A stretch of 27,687 bases of DNA. Origin: an uncultured Pseudomonadota bacterium. GTDB taxonomy: Bacteria > SAR324 > NAC60-12. Below are positions 8,451 to 17,863 of this stretch, one piece after another (within the stretch, counting starts at the first letter, position 1; each line of letters starts with the position of its first letter). The DNA lies in the NCBI GenBank assembly GCA_913020725.1, contig CAJWCD010000037.1, positions 1-27,687 of the forward strand, in the 5' to 3' direction. The translations under genes and the position numbers were made by a program. The notes below the pieces were generated by a model. The model did no database searches. It was given only the letters and a program-made list of their open reading frames with translations, and was not told where the DNA came from.

Positions 8451-10085
8451 TCAATAATCACGCGCAGCGCCTTCCGGAGTCACGTAGCCCGCTTCAAGAT
8501 CCTGCTGAATTCGTTGCCGATCACGTTTTTGGGGATCCCCCAAGCCGCCGCCGCCCGGAAGTTCCACCCGGAGACGATCACCCTGCGGCACGGTGTAAAC
8601 CGCCTTGTCGGCGAATTCCATGCCGGAAACCAGTTGGGCCTTGCCCGGTCGGCCAGCTTGTCCCCCCTCGCGGCCTCGGGGAGGGTTGTGGATACGGTCG
8701 AAGGTCGCGGCGGAAATCGTGAAGGGCGCGGCCTCGGTATTGCCAACCTCGATGACCTGCCCCAAGCCCCCCCGAAACATTCCTGGACCCCCGGAATCGG
8801 ACAGGAACTCCTTGCGCCAAAAGACGAGTGGAGAATCGGATTCCGTGACCTCCACCGGAATTGCGCCCACCCCGCTTGGAAAAGCGGTCACGGAAAGGCC
8901 GTCCTTTCCGGGACGCGCTCCGACCCCGCCCATGCCGACGTTCATCACGTTGAAACGGGAAGCGCCTTGTCCGGTGTCAGCGAAGGGCAGCACCCAAATG
9001 CTACCAGCACTCTCAGCAGGGACTTTGCCTTCAAGAGCTTGCGCGAGGCATCCGAAGGCGACATCCGGGAGCATTTGCCCGATCACGTGCCTTGCTGTCA
9101 CAGGAGAAGGTGGTAGCGGGTGGACCACCGAACCCGATTCGGCAACGATCCGGAATAAACTCAGCGAACCCTGATTGTTGGGAACCTCCGGAGCGAGGAT
9201 GCACTTGAGTCCAAAAAAAGTGTAGGCTTCCGTGTAGCAAAGGGGGGAGTTGATGCCGTAGGCAGAGACAGAGGACGATCCGGAGTAGTCAATCACAATC
9301 TCCTCGTCCATAACCCGCATGACCGCCTTAAGCGTCACTGGAGACTCATACCCATCCAGTAGCATCTCCGTGGAATACTCGCCCTTGGGGACGGCGGTGA
9401 TGGCCTTTTTCATGGCCGCGCGGGAGTTGTCAAGAATGAACTCGGCCAGAGGCTCGATGGTATCCAGTTCGAACTCCCGCATCATTTCCTGCAAGCGAGC
9501 TTCCCCCGTGTCGTTACAGCTCACAAGCGAAAGGATGTCCCCTTTCACCTCCACGGGATTACGGCTATTCGCTTCCAAGATGCGCAAAAGGTCTTCATTC
9601 AAACGACCTTGGTCGCGCAGTTTCATGTGGGGAATGCAAATCCCTTCCTCGAAAACCGATTTTGCTTCCGCAGAAAACCCTCGGCCTCCAACGTCCATCA
9701 CATGGCAGGTCGAAGCAAACAGCGCAACCGCATTTCCCTTGTGGTATGCGGGGGAGACCACCACGAAATCGAAGAGGTGCCCTGTGCCCATCCAAGGGTC
9801 ATTGGTTACAAACACATCCCCGGAACGCATGGAATCCACCGGAAACCGGATCAGGAAATGCTGCACAGCCCTGGCCATTGTGTTGACATGCCCTGGAGTT
9901 CCTGTGACCGCCTGCGCGATCATGCGTCCCTGAAGATCGTAAATGCCCGTGGACAAATCCCCGGCCTCCCGGACCACCGAACCGAACGCAGTCCGCAGAA
10001 TCGCTTGAGCCTGTTCTTCAACCACGGCAATCAGGCGGTTCCACATCACCTGCTGGTGAATCTGCGCGAGGGCTTCCTTAGCCAT
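8451..10085 (-). CDS. hyuB: Hydantoinase B / 5-oxoprolinase subunit B family
   Basis: Motifs RTAFGSVVREAGDLS, GDVFVTNDPWMGTGHLFD, HVMDVGG, EEG, DSGGPGMFRGGLG and PGGGGLGDP. ATG 10085 has GGAG at 7 nt and overlaps the hyuA stop. Confidence 0.92.
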   Translation of the reverse strand: MAKEALAQIHQQVMWNRLIAVVEEQAQAILRTAFGSVVREAGDLSTGIYDLQGRMIAQAVTGTPGHVNTMARAVQHFLIRFPVDSMRSGDVFVTNDPWMGTGHLFDFVVVSPAYHKGNAVALFASTCHVMDVGGRGFSAEAKSVFEEGICIPHMKLRDQGRLNEDLLRILEANSRNPVEVKGDILSLVSCNDTGEARLQEMMREFELDTIEPLAEFILDNSRAAMKKAITAVPKGEYSTEMLLDGYESPVTLKAVMRVMDEEIVIDYSGSSSVSAYGINSPLCYTEAYTFFGLKCILAPEVPNNQGSLSLFRIVAESGSVVHPLPPSPVTARHVIGQMLPDVAFGCLAQALEGKVPAESAGSIWVLPFADTGQGASRFNVMNVGMGGVGARPGKDGLSVTAFPSGVGAIPVEVTESDSPLVFWRKEFLSDSGGPGMFRGGLGQVIEVGNTEAAPFTISAATFDRIHNPPRGREGGQAGRPGKAQLVSGMEFADKAVYTVPQGDRLRVELPGGGGLGDPQKRDRQRIQQDLEAGYVTPEGAARDY

Positions 10086-12180
10086 TTTCATGCTCCAGAG
10101 GCAGCGTTTCCATGACGATGTGACCGAGCGAATTGATGGATGCTGAAAAATGACCCGGAACAATGGTGGTGGTTTCCTCTTCTGCAATCACCGCAGGCCC
10201 GGAAAAACGGGTTCCGGGATTGAGGTCAAACCGCCAGTAAACGGGGCATTCGACCTGTTCTCCGGAAAAGGAATCATACACCTTTCGGTGGTTCAACGGA
10301 ATCGCAGAAGTATTCGGAACCCCATCCGCAGCTTTTTCGGGCGCATCCGGTTTCGTCGTCACTGTGACCGACCACGACACACTCTGCACCTCCATGTCCG
10401 GGATTCTCAATCCGTAGATCGTTTCGTATTGCTCCTCGAATTGCCCCCGCAGAGCCTCGGCATCTTTTAGCTCCAGCAGACGCTCTGGCAAAGGAATTCT
10501 CAACTCATGCCCCTGTCCGAGATAGCGGAGTTCCACGACTCGTTTTTCCAAGAAATCCTTGCTCCCGGTAACTCCTTGTGCGACCACCCCTCGGGCCTCC
10601 GCGCTCATTACCTCCAGAAGTTGGTTGACTTGGAAGGCGTCGAATTCCCGAAACTCCATCATCAGTGAACGGACCACCTCATAGGAGATGGGCGCCCGCA
10701 GAAATCCGATTGCTGAACCAACTCCAGCTCCGAAAGGAATCACCACCTTCGAAATCCCAAGCTTCTGCGCAAGCCGCCCCGCATGCAGTGGCGCCCCGCC
10801 GCCGAAGGCGATCATGGTGTGACGACCGATCACCTTGCCGCGTTCAATCGCGTGAACCCTTGCTGCGTTGACCATGTTCTCCTCGACAATTTCCACCACC
10901 CCCGTAGCGGGCCAGTGCCTCTCAAGACCAAGTTTGCCACCGATTTCCTGCGCCAGCACGACTTCGGACTTACTCGAATCCAGGGCAATCTTGCCCCCTG
11001 CGAAGCGTTCCGGATCAAGCTTTCCCAGCGCAAGGTTGGCATCGGTGACGGTGGCGTGGAGGCCTCCTCGTCCGTAGCAGGCCGGTCCCGGTTCAGAACC
11101 TGCGCTCTCCGGTCCCACCTGAATGCGTCCCATCTCGTCCACCTGCGCAATCGAACCTCCTCCGGCTCCGATCTCCACCATCTCAATCACTGGAATCCGC
11201 ACAGGCAGACCACTGCCCTTCAAATTCCGATACATGCGGGCAACCTCGAAGTGTCGGGAGCGTTCCGGCACACCGTTTTCAATCAGGCAGATTTTTGCCG
11301 TGGTCCCACCCATGTCAAAAGAAAGTGCCTCCGTGACTCCGCATTCCAATGCCACTTTTCCTGCCAGAATGGCCCCTCCCGCTGGACCTGATTCCACCAA
11401 CCGGATTGGAAACGTCGTTGCATTTTCAAGGGTGGTCAGACCTCCTCCGGACATCATCAGCAAAAGCGGGCATGACATGCCCCGTTCTTGAGCTAACACC
11501 TGCAAGCGTTGCAAGTATCCGGACATCAGCGGGCGGATGTAGGCGTTCGCGCAAGTGGTCGAAAATCGTTCGTACTCGCGCATTTCCGGACAGACCTCGC
11601 TGGAGAGGCAGATGGTCACTTCCGGGAGTTCGGTGGCAAGGATTTCGCGGATTCGCTGTTCGTGCGCTGGGTGGGCATAGGCATGCAGTAGGCCGACCGC
11701 GACCGCTTCAATCTCCACATGTTTCAGTTGTGCGATCGTTTTCAGCAGTCCGGATTCATCAAGCGCAAGCAAGGTTTCCCCCCTTGCGCTCATCCGCTCA
11801 GTGACCGGGAATCGCAACGGGCGCGGCACCAATGGCGTGGGCTTGTCCATATAAATGTCATAGTGTTCGAAGCGTTTCTCATGGCCCATCTCCAGAATGT
11901 CCCGGAATCCTTCCGTGGTGAGAAACGCGATTTTCGCACCCTTGCGCTCGATGAGCGCGTTCGTGCCCAGCGTGGTTCCATGAATGAAAAGCGCAACTTC
12001 ATCGGCTTCCGTTCCAGACTGCTCCAACACCTCTTCGAGTCCCTCCATCACGCCAAGTTCAGGAGCCTGCGAGGTTGTGAGCACTTTGGTCGAGAAACTC
12101 CGGCTTCCTGATTCCAGCACCACGTCTGTGAACGTGCCGCCGATGTCTGCGGCCAAACGGGTTTTGCGCATATTCATCAT
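10078..12180 (-). CDS. hyuA: Hydantoinase A / 5-oxoprolinase ATP-binding subunit family
   Basis: Motifs DIGGTFTD, HGTTLGTNALIERKGA, REYERFSTT, ESGPAGG, DMGGTT, IGAGGGS and GPESAGSEPGPACYGRGG. ATGA overlap with the Rid gene. Confidence 0.94.
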   Translation of the reverse strand: MMNMRKTRLAADIGGTFTDVVLESGSRSFSTKVLTTSQAPELGVMEGLEEVLEQSGTEADEVALFIHGTTLGTNALIERKGAKIAFLTTEGFRDILEMGHEKRFEHYDIYMDKPTPLVPRPLRFPVTERMSARGETLLALDESGLLKTIAQLKHVEIEAVAVGLLHAYAHPAHEQRIREILATELPEVTICLSSEVCPEMREYERFSTTCANAYIRPLMSGYLQRLQVLAQERGMSCPLLLMMSGGGLTTLENATTFPIRLVESGPAGGAILAGKVALECGVTEALSFDMGGTTAKICLIENGVPERSRHFEVARMYRNLKGSGLPVRIPVIEMVEIGAGGGSIAQVDEMGRIQVGPESAGSEPGPACYGRGGLHATVTDANLALGKLDPERFAGGKIALDSSKSEVVLAQEIGGKLGLERHWPATGVVEIVEENMVNAARVHAIERGKVIGRHTMIAFGGGAPLHAGRLAQKLGISKVVIPFGAGVGSAIGFLRAPISYEVVRSLMMEFREFDAFQVNQLLEVMSAEARGVVAQGVTGSKDFLEKRVVELRYLGQGHELRIPLPERLLELKDAEALRGQFEEQYETIYGLRIPDMEVQSVSWSVTVTTKPDAPEKAADGVPNTSAIPLNHRKVYDSFSGEQVECPVYWRFDLNPGTRFSGPAVIAEEETTTIVPGHFSASINSLGHIVMETLPLEHENG

Positions 12181-12599
12181 GGGTTGGGAATTCCAGAGCC
12201 TCGCAGGGCTTCAGCTTCGATTTCAACAAGGCAACCGGAAACAGCCAGAGCGGTGCAGACCGTGGTATTCGCCGGCCTAGTGAAGCCAAGCCTCGCTTTC
12301 AAAACAGAGGAAACTGAGGCCACATCTTCTGGATCAGGAATGAAGACTCTGACACGCACGACATCCTGCAAACCGGAATCCGCTTTCACAAGTGCGGACT
12401 CGATGGTGTTTAAGGCCACTTCCGCCTGCTCTTTGGCACTCTCCGGAAGTTTGCCCGTCTTAAAGTCAATCCCCACGGTTCCGGAAACAAAGATCTGGTC
12501 TTTTACAACCACAGCACGGGCATAGCCGGCTTGTTCTTCGTAGCTAGAACCAGAGAATATGTGCTGGCGGGGATGAGTTAATGGAGCTTTCAAGGACAT
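12177..12599 (-). CDS. Rid (YjgF/YER057c/UK114) family protein, non-RidA subfamily
   Basis: Motifs YEEQAGYARAV...FVSGT, DVVRVRVF, RPANTTV and LVEIEAEA. Confidence 0.9.
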   Translation of the reverse strand: MSLKAPLTHPRQHIFSGSSYEEQAGYARAVVVKDQIFVSGTVGIDFKTGKLPESAKEQAEVALNTIESALVKADSGLQDVVRVRVFIPDPEDVASVSSVLKARLGFTRPANTTVCTALAVSGCLVEIEAEALRGSGIPNP

Positions 12600-12646
12600 C
12601 TGGTGGCACTTATTGTTGAGTTGATTGAGCGAACAACACTGAGACT

Positions 12647-14131
12647 CTAATGGTCAATCACAGCCTCAGCTTCGATTTCAACCAGATGGTTCCCGATCAA
12701 CCCGGAAACCTCAAGAGTCGTATTGGCTGGGCAAAGACCTTCAAAATAACGGCCATGAACTCGGGAAACCTCCTCACAATGTGCCGTGTTCTTAAGGTAG
12801 ACCCGGGTCCGGACCACGTCAGCCAATGATCCGCCGAGGGCTGTGATTCCAGCAATAATCTTATCCAAGATGTAGACCGCCTGCCCGCGAGGGTCTCCAG
12901 CACAGATTACCCGATCCAAGCCATGAGTTGCCGTTGTGCCGCTCACCAAAATCCTGTTACCCACTCTAACTGCCCGTGAATACCCACATGCCGACTCCCA
13001 ATAACTTTCGCTGTTGATTCGCATACGCTTGGGCCTCTCAAAGATCGAAGTGGCATTGTAGAGTTTAGGAATTGATGCCAGGTGGTGGCTGAGATCCCCT
13101 GAAGCCGTGAGAAATGGTGGACGTCGATATTCCCGACCACAATCCCCCGCAATCCTTCGTGTCTTACTCAATGCTTCATCGATGAGGACGCGATCCTCTT
13201 CACTCAGTGAAAATGAGAAGACCGCAAGGTTGTCCCTGCGATGGTCTGTTGCGTTAAGTCTTGCCCCGATAATGGCCCCGGCAACGGCGGGCTGATCCAG
13301 GACCCAGCGTGTCGCTACATTGGTTATTGAAACATTTGATCGCCGGGCAATGGTATCCAGCACCTCAAGAATGTTCTGAAATGTCGCCCACCCCCCCGTC
13401 TCTTTGATGAAACCTTTGTACTTCATCTTGCTCCAATCCGTGATTTCCGCAACTGACGGCTCTGGCTTTCCCAACCAGCGTTCGGAAAGAAATCCACCAG
13501 CGACCACCCCGTAAGCCAACAGCTTGACGTTGTGCTCCAAACAAAAACTGCCCATCTCTTCCAAGGCCCTCCGATCGAGCAGTGACACAACGACTTGGTT
13601 GGTGAGAATATTGAAACCCTCCTTAATGAGCAAATGCAGATGGTCGGTGTCAAAATTGGTCAGTCCCAAGTGGGCGATCCGCCCTTCTTGTTGGGCCAGC
13701 GCTAGTCCTTCCATAGCCTCAAGGTAGCCTGGATGTTCAAATGACCACCAGTGAAACTGGAGGAGGTCAATGGTCTCCACCCCCAATCGGTCTGCACTTT
13801 CCCGGATGCCATCATACACAATCTGGGAAGTCATTAGTCCCGGCTTTGGGCACCACTTGGTATGGAATTTTGCCTGAATCGGAGAACTCTGACCGCATGG
13901 ATTGGTTTGAAGAATTTTCCGGGCACATCCCGCAATCAACTCTGCGCTGCCGTAGTGGTCTGCCATGTCAAAAGTGTCGAACCCCTCCGTCGCGTAGTCC
14001 ACCAACGTCTTCGCAGCCTGGTCTTGATCAAGCTGCTTGCCTTCTTTTTCTATATCAGCCACCTGCCAGAGACCCGTGATGATCTGGCTGATCTCATAGC
14101 CCGCGGCAAGTTGAGTTCGTAAAGGTGCCAT
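12647..14131 (-). CDS. Aldo-keto reductase fused to a C-terminal Rid domain
   Basis: N-terminal AKR (FDMADHYG, HTKW, DLLQFHWW, LGLTNFD, LAYGVVAGGFLS) plus about 125 C-terminal aa of Rid (WESACGYSRAVRVG...VSGTT, DVVRTRVY, PANTT, LVEIEAEA) in one ORF. Confidence 0.9.
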   Translation of the reverse strand: MAPLRTQLAAGYEISQIITGLWQVADIEKEGKQLDQDQAAKTLVDYATEGFDTFDMADHYGSAELIAGCARKILQTNPCGQSSPIQAKFHTKWCPKPGLMTSQIVYDGIRESADRLGVETIDLLQFHWWSFEHPGYLEAMEGLALAQQEGRIAHLGLTNFDTDHLHLLIKEGFNILTNQVVVSLLDRRALEEMGSFCLEHNVKLLAYGVVAGGFLSERWLGKPEPSVAEITDWSKMKYKGFIKETGGWATFQNILEVLDTIARRSNVSITNVATRWVLDQPAVAGAIIGARLNATDHRRDNLAVFSFSLSEEDRVLIDEALSKTRRIAGDCGREYRRPPFLTASGDLSHHLASIPKLYNATSIFERPKRMRINSESYWESACGYSRAVRVGNRILVSGTTATHGLDRVICAGDPRGQAVYILDKIIAGITALGGSLADVVRTRVYLKNTAHCEEVSRVHGRYFEGLCPANTTLEVSGLIGNHLVEIEAEAVIDH

Positions 14132-14224
14132 GGTTTATTTATTCGCAATGAGGTCTATTGAGGTTGTCGTCCAAGCAAGTCAACCACCATCTGCGTTAAT
14201 GAGATGGCACCCTCAGACGGGGGA

Positions 14225-15160
14225 CTATGATTGCGTATTCTTTTCTGGCAGCAGTCCTGCTGGGCGGAAAATGAGCATCAGCACCAAAACCACGCCAATC
14301 GTTATAAGCCGGAGTGCTGCTGCTTGAGTTTGGAAATCAGGAGTCACCATGACTGAGATAAGGCTGTCACTTGCCGACCACAAGGTCCAGATCATGATCG
14401 CCCCCAGTATGGCACCAAGATTATTCCCCTTTCCGCCAACAACCAGCATGACAAGGACTTGTATTGTAAAGATGGGCATAAAATCTTGTGGGCTGATGAA
14501 GCGCATGAAGTTCGCGTACATAGCCCCGGACAGCCCCATGATTGCGCATCCCACCACGAAAGCCTGTAGCCTGAAGCTGAACACATTTTTCCCCATCGCA
14601 CTTGCTGCCACTTCATCTTCCCTGATTGACCGCAGCACACGGCCCCATGGCGATTTGACAATGCGTTCAAGTGCTAGGTAGACCATTGCCACGAGGACAA
14701 GGCACAGCAGCAGATAAAGCAGGTTGTCGATCAGAGGATTATCTGAAACCTTTGCGAAGGGCTTTGGGAGTGCGTAGAGTCCGTTTGGTCCTCTTGTCAG
14801 CGAATCGACATTGTTCGCCACCAACTGAAGGCTGATGGCAATGCCAAAAGTTGAGATTGCCAGAAAATCCTCTCGAAGCCTGAGGGTAATCAAACCCACA
14901 AGCATACCCGCCAAACCCGAAACCATGATGGCAGCAACCCAACCCACCACGATTGGCAAATCGAAACCTCCCACCACCGTATCCGGGTAGCGAGGACCAG
15001 TCAGTAGTGCACTGGTGTAGGCACCAATTGCAAAAAAACCAGCGACCCCGACATTGAACATGCCCGTATACCCGTACTGAATATTGAGCCCCAGACAACT
15101 CAGCACATAGAACGAGCAGATGATGAGGAAAAAAATCAGGTAGGAGATAACTTCAATCAT
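14225..15160 (-). CDS. livM: Branched-chain amino acid-type ABC permease (LivM-like)
   Basis: Motifs LGLNIQYGYTGMFNVG, LRLREDFLAIST, SPWGRVLRSIREDE and RPAGLLPE. Start MIEV at 15160 overlaps the upstream stop. Confidence 0.9.
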   Translation of the reverse strand: MIEVISYLIFFLIICSFYVLSCLGLNIQYGYTGMFNVGVAGFFAIGAYTSALLTGPRYPDTVVGGFDLPIVVGWVAAIMVSGLAGMLVGLITLRLREDFLAISTFGIAISLQLVANNVDSLTRGPNGLYALPKPFAKVSDNPLIDNLLYLLLCLVLVAMVYLALERIVKSPWGRVLRSIREDEVAASAMGKNVFSFRLQAFVVGCAIMGLSGAMYANFMRFISPQDFMPIFTIQVLVMLVVGGKGNNLGAILGAIMIWTLWSASDSLISVMVTPDFQTQAAALRLITIGVVLVLMLIFRPAGLLPEKNTQS

Positions 15161-16058
15161 CTCTTTCTTTTTCTCCAAGAATACCTTGGGGTCTGAAAAC
15201 AAGCACCAGAATCAAGATCATGAACGAAATGGCTCCACGGTAGGCGGCCCCCCCTCCAGCCACTGCGAAGGATTCGGATAGACCAATCAAGAGCCCCCCC
15301 AACACGGCTCCGTAGACGCTGGTTACCCCACCCACAACCAGTGCTGCAAACATAGGCAGGATCAACTCAAATCCCATTTCAGGGTCAAGCTGCGTGATGT
15401 GAGCGTGTAGGGTTCCTGCAACCGCTGCCAAGGAGGCTCCAAGGATCCACGACCATTTGAAGACGCGTTCGACATTAATCCCGCTCACCATGGCCAGTGC
15501 AGGGTTCTCTGCCACGGCCCGCATCTTTTTTCCCATGGTTGATCGATTGAGGAAGACATGGAGACTTATGACACTGATCAGGGTGATGAACAGAATGAGC
15601 AAGTCATCAGGTAAGATTTTTACACCCTCCATAATCTTGATAGCTTTGGGGATGTAGAAGCTATAAAAGAGCTGATCCCCACCGGCGATCAGTGTAATCA
15701 CGTTTCTCACCATCAATGACACACCAAATGCGGCAATAATGAAGGTGATGCGTGATGCCTGCTTTTGTCTCAAAATCCGGAACAGAACCCAATCCACCCC
15801 CAACACCAACAAGCACGTTACAAGCATGGAAAACACCATTGACCCCAGCAGGGGCCAACCTAGAGAAATCGGACCAAGCCTGCCAATGCCAATCCCCATC
15901 AGAGAAACAAGTGCCAAGGAAACATAAGCCCCCACTGCAAGCACTTCCCCTTGGGCAAAGTTCGCAAAACGCAGCACGTTGTAGGTGATGCTAAGTCCAA
16001 CAGCACCAAGGGCAATGATGGAACCGTTGACCAAACCGTCAATTAAGAACTGGATCAT
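15153..16058 (-). CDS. livH: Branched-chain amino acid-type ABC permease (LivH-like)
   Basis: Motifs GLVNGSIIALGAVGLS, NFAQGE, GKKMRAVAENP.LA..SGIN and RPQGILG. Confidence 0.9.
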   Translation of the reverse strand: MIQFLIDGLVNGSIIALGAVGLSITYNVLRFANFAQGEVLAVGAYVSLALVSLMGIGIGRLGPISLGWPLLGSMVFSMLVTCLLVLGVDWVLFRILRQKQASRITFIIAAFGVSLMVRNVITLIAGGDQLFYSFYIPKAIKIMEGVKILPDDLLILFITLISVISLHVFLNRSTMGKKMRAVAENPALAMVSGINVERVFKWSWILGASLAAVAGTLHAHITQLDPEMGFELILPMFAALVVGGVTSVYGAVLGGLLIGLSESFAVAGGGAAYRGAISFMILILVLVFRPQGILGEKERDD

Positions 16059-16061
16059 GGA

Positions 16062-16793
16062 TCAATTTCCCGGTGTTGCTCCAAAGTATATCTCTCTCAT
16101 GCTTGGATGTTCTAAAAGTTCATCAGCGGGACCCTCCAGCCTCAATTTCCCTTCAGAAAGCACAATGCCTCTGTCCGAAACCTTGAGAGCCGCACGGGCA
16201 TTCTGCTCAACCATGACAACCGTGACTCCGTCTTCATGGATTCTCTGAACGTGTTCGAAGACCTGCCGTCTCAGCAAGGGTGATAAGCCGGCTGAAGGTT
16301 CATCCAGCATCAGCAGTTCAGGGTTGGACATCAGCGCACGGGCAAGCGCCAGCATCTGCCTCTGGCCTCCCGATAGTTTTCCCGCCTTGGTTTCCTGGTA
16401 TTTCTGCAAGTCGGGAAAAAGCTGAAACATCCGGTTGAGTCGTTCTTTCCGAAAATCCGGATTGGCAATCGCCCCAAGGTCAAGGTTGTGCAGGACACTC
16501 AGCCGGGAGAAGACATTATTGGTTTGGGGGACATAGGCGATGGCCTGATTGATGATCTCGTGAGTCGATAAACCGGAAATCTCCTTGCTGCGAAACCTGA
16601 CCTTCCCCTCTGTGTATTTGACTAAACCGCAGATTGAACGGATCAGGGTTGATTTTCCCGCACCGTTTGGGCCAAGTATGGTAACAATCTCTCCTTCCCT
16701 GACAGAAATTGAAACATCTTCAATGATCATCATGGAAGACACATAACCCGCAGTAAGTTGATCGACCTCCAGTATTATTCGAGCTTTGGACAT
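16062..16793 (-). CDS. livF: ABC ATP-binding protein (LivF-like)
   Basis: Walker A GPNGAGKST, signature LSGGQRQMLA, Walker B LMLDEPSAGL, VEQN. Start 16793 or 16823. Confidence 0.92.
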   Translation of the reverse strand: MSKARIILEVDQLTAGYVSSMMIIEDVSISVREGEIVTILGPNGAGKSTLIRSICGLVKYTEGKVRFRSKEISGLSTHEIINQAIAYVPQTNNVFSRLSVLHNLDLGAIANPDFRKERLNRMFQLFPDLQKYQETKAGKLSGGQRQMLALARALMSNPELLMLDEPSAGLSPLLRRQVFEHVQRIHEDGVTVVMVEQNARAALKVSDRGIVLSEGKLRLEGPADELLEHPSMREIYFGATPGN

Positions 16794-16878
16794 GGATGTT
16801 TGCTCAGGCTCCACGATACGCAACGATTATCGTAGGCTACTATTCAAGAGTTTTGTGATTAGATCGAAATCCAGACCT

Positions 16879-17631
16879 CTACTCACCAAAAAAGGCATCC
16901 AGTAATCTTTTATCGGAGCGCACCTGCTCAGGGCTTCCCTGCATCATAATAGACCCCTCGGCCATGACGAGGATTGGGGAACACAATTTCATGATCAGAT
17001 CCATATTGTGTTCAATGATCAGGAAAGTCACCCCCATTTCATTGATCTCCCTGATCCGGTCGATAATTTCTTCCAACAAAACAGGGTTCACTCCTGCCGC
17101 AGGTTCGTCTAAGAGAATCATTCGTGGTTTGGACATCATCGCCCGCCCAAGCTCAAGCAATTTTAGCTGCCCCCCCGAAAGGTGCATGGAGGGTTCATCC
17201 CTCAATGCCGCCAGCTTAAGGAATTCAAGGATCTCCAGTGCTTTTTCTCGATTGGTTGCTTCCTGACGTTTGACTTGCTTGAGACGGATCCAGTTATTCC
17301 AAAGGTTCTCACCTAGTTGCGAACCGGGCACCATCATCATGTTCTCCAGAACCGTCATGCCGGAAAAAGGACGAGGAATCTGAAAAGTGCGGACAATGCC
17401 CAGATGAAATGTCTCATAGGATTTCATCCCGGAAATTTCCTGCTTTCCAAAGAACACGGCTCCGCTGGTTGGACTATCATGTCCTGCGATAATGTTGAAG
17501 GTAGTGGTTTTACCCGCCCCGTTGGGGCCGATCAACCCAGTGATAGTTCCAAGCTCTACCGAAAAATTCACGCTGTTGACGGCATGCAGTCCGTCAAATT
17601 CTTTGCAGAGGTTCTTGACCGTGAGCAGCAT
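16879..17631 (-). CDS. livG: ABC ATP-binding protein (LivG-like)
   Basis: Motifs GPNGAGKTT, RTFQ, LSGGQLKLLELGR, LLDEPAAG and IEHNM. Confidence 0.92.
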   Translation of the reverse strand: MLLTVKNLCKEFDGLHAVNSVNFSVELGTITGLIGPNGAGKTTTFNIIAGHDSPTSGAVFFGKQEISGMKSYETFHLGIVRTFQIPRPFSGMTVLENMMMVPGSQLGENLWNNWIRLKQVKRQEATNREKALEILEFLKLAALRDEPSMHLSGGQLKLLELGRAMMSKPRMILLDEPAAGVNPVLLEEIIDRIREINEMGVTFLIIEHNMDLIMKLCSPILVMAEGSIMMQGSPEQVRSDKRLLDAFFGE

Positions 17632-17800
17632 TTTGATTGGAGATCTATTTGTGCCGACTAGAGAACCTTAAAATGGGAAAATCGAGCAGCAGGAGGGCTC
17701 TTGTAAAATCAGAGGATATTTTTAAAATATCTCATATCCTATACCACGGATTCTTGTAAAAAACACATCCGCTTTAGCCTTAAAAGTTATTTCTTCCCAG

Positions 17801-17841
17801 AAAAACTGGAGACTGGAAAGAAGCATTCCAGTCTCCAGTTT
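17801..17841 (-). terminator. Rho-independent terminator/attenuator downstream of the substrate-binding protein gene
   Basis: Perfect 16-bp inverted repeat AAACTGGAGACTGGAA (17803-17818) / TTCCAGTCTCCAGTTT (17826-17841) with a 7-nt loop. Ends in TTTTT on the - strand and starts 22 nt after the stop at 17864. Confidence 0.8.
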
Positions 17842-17863
17842 GACATTGTTGTCCTGACCTAGA

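Noticed and set aside
12211..12682. Exact 17-nt repeat TCAGCTTCGATTTCAAC at 12211 and 12666
   Set aside because: Both copies encode the conserved VEIEAE C-terminal motif of the two Rid domains; not an att site or mobile repeat.
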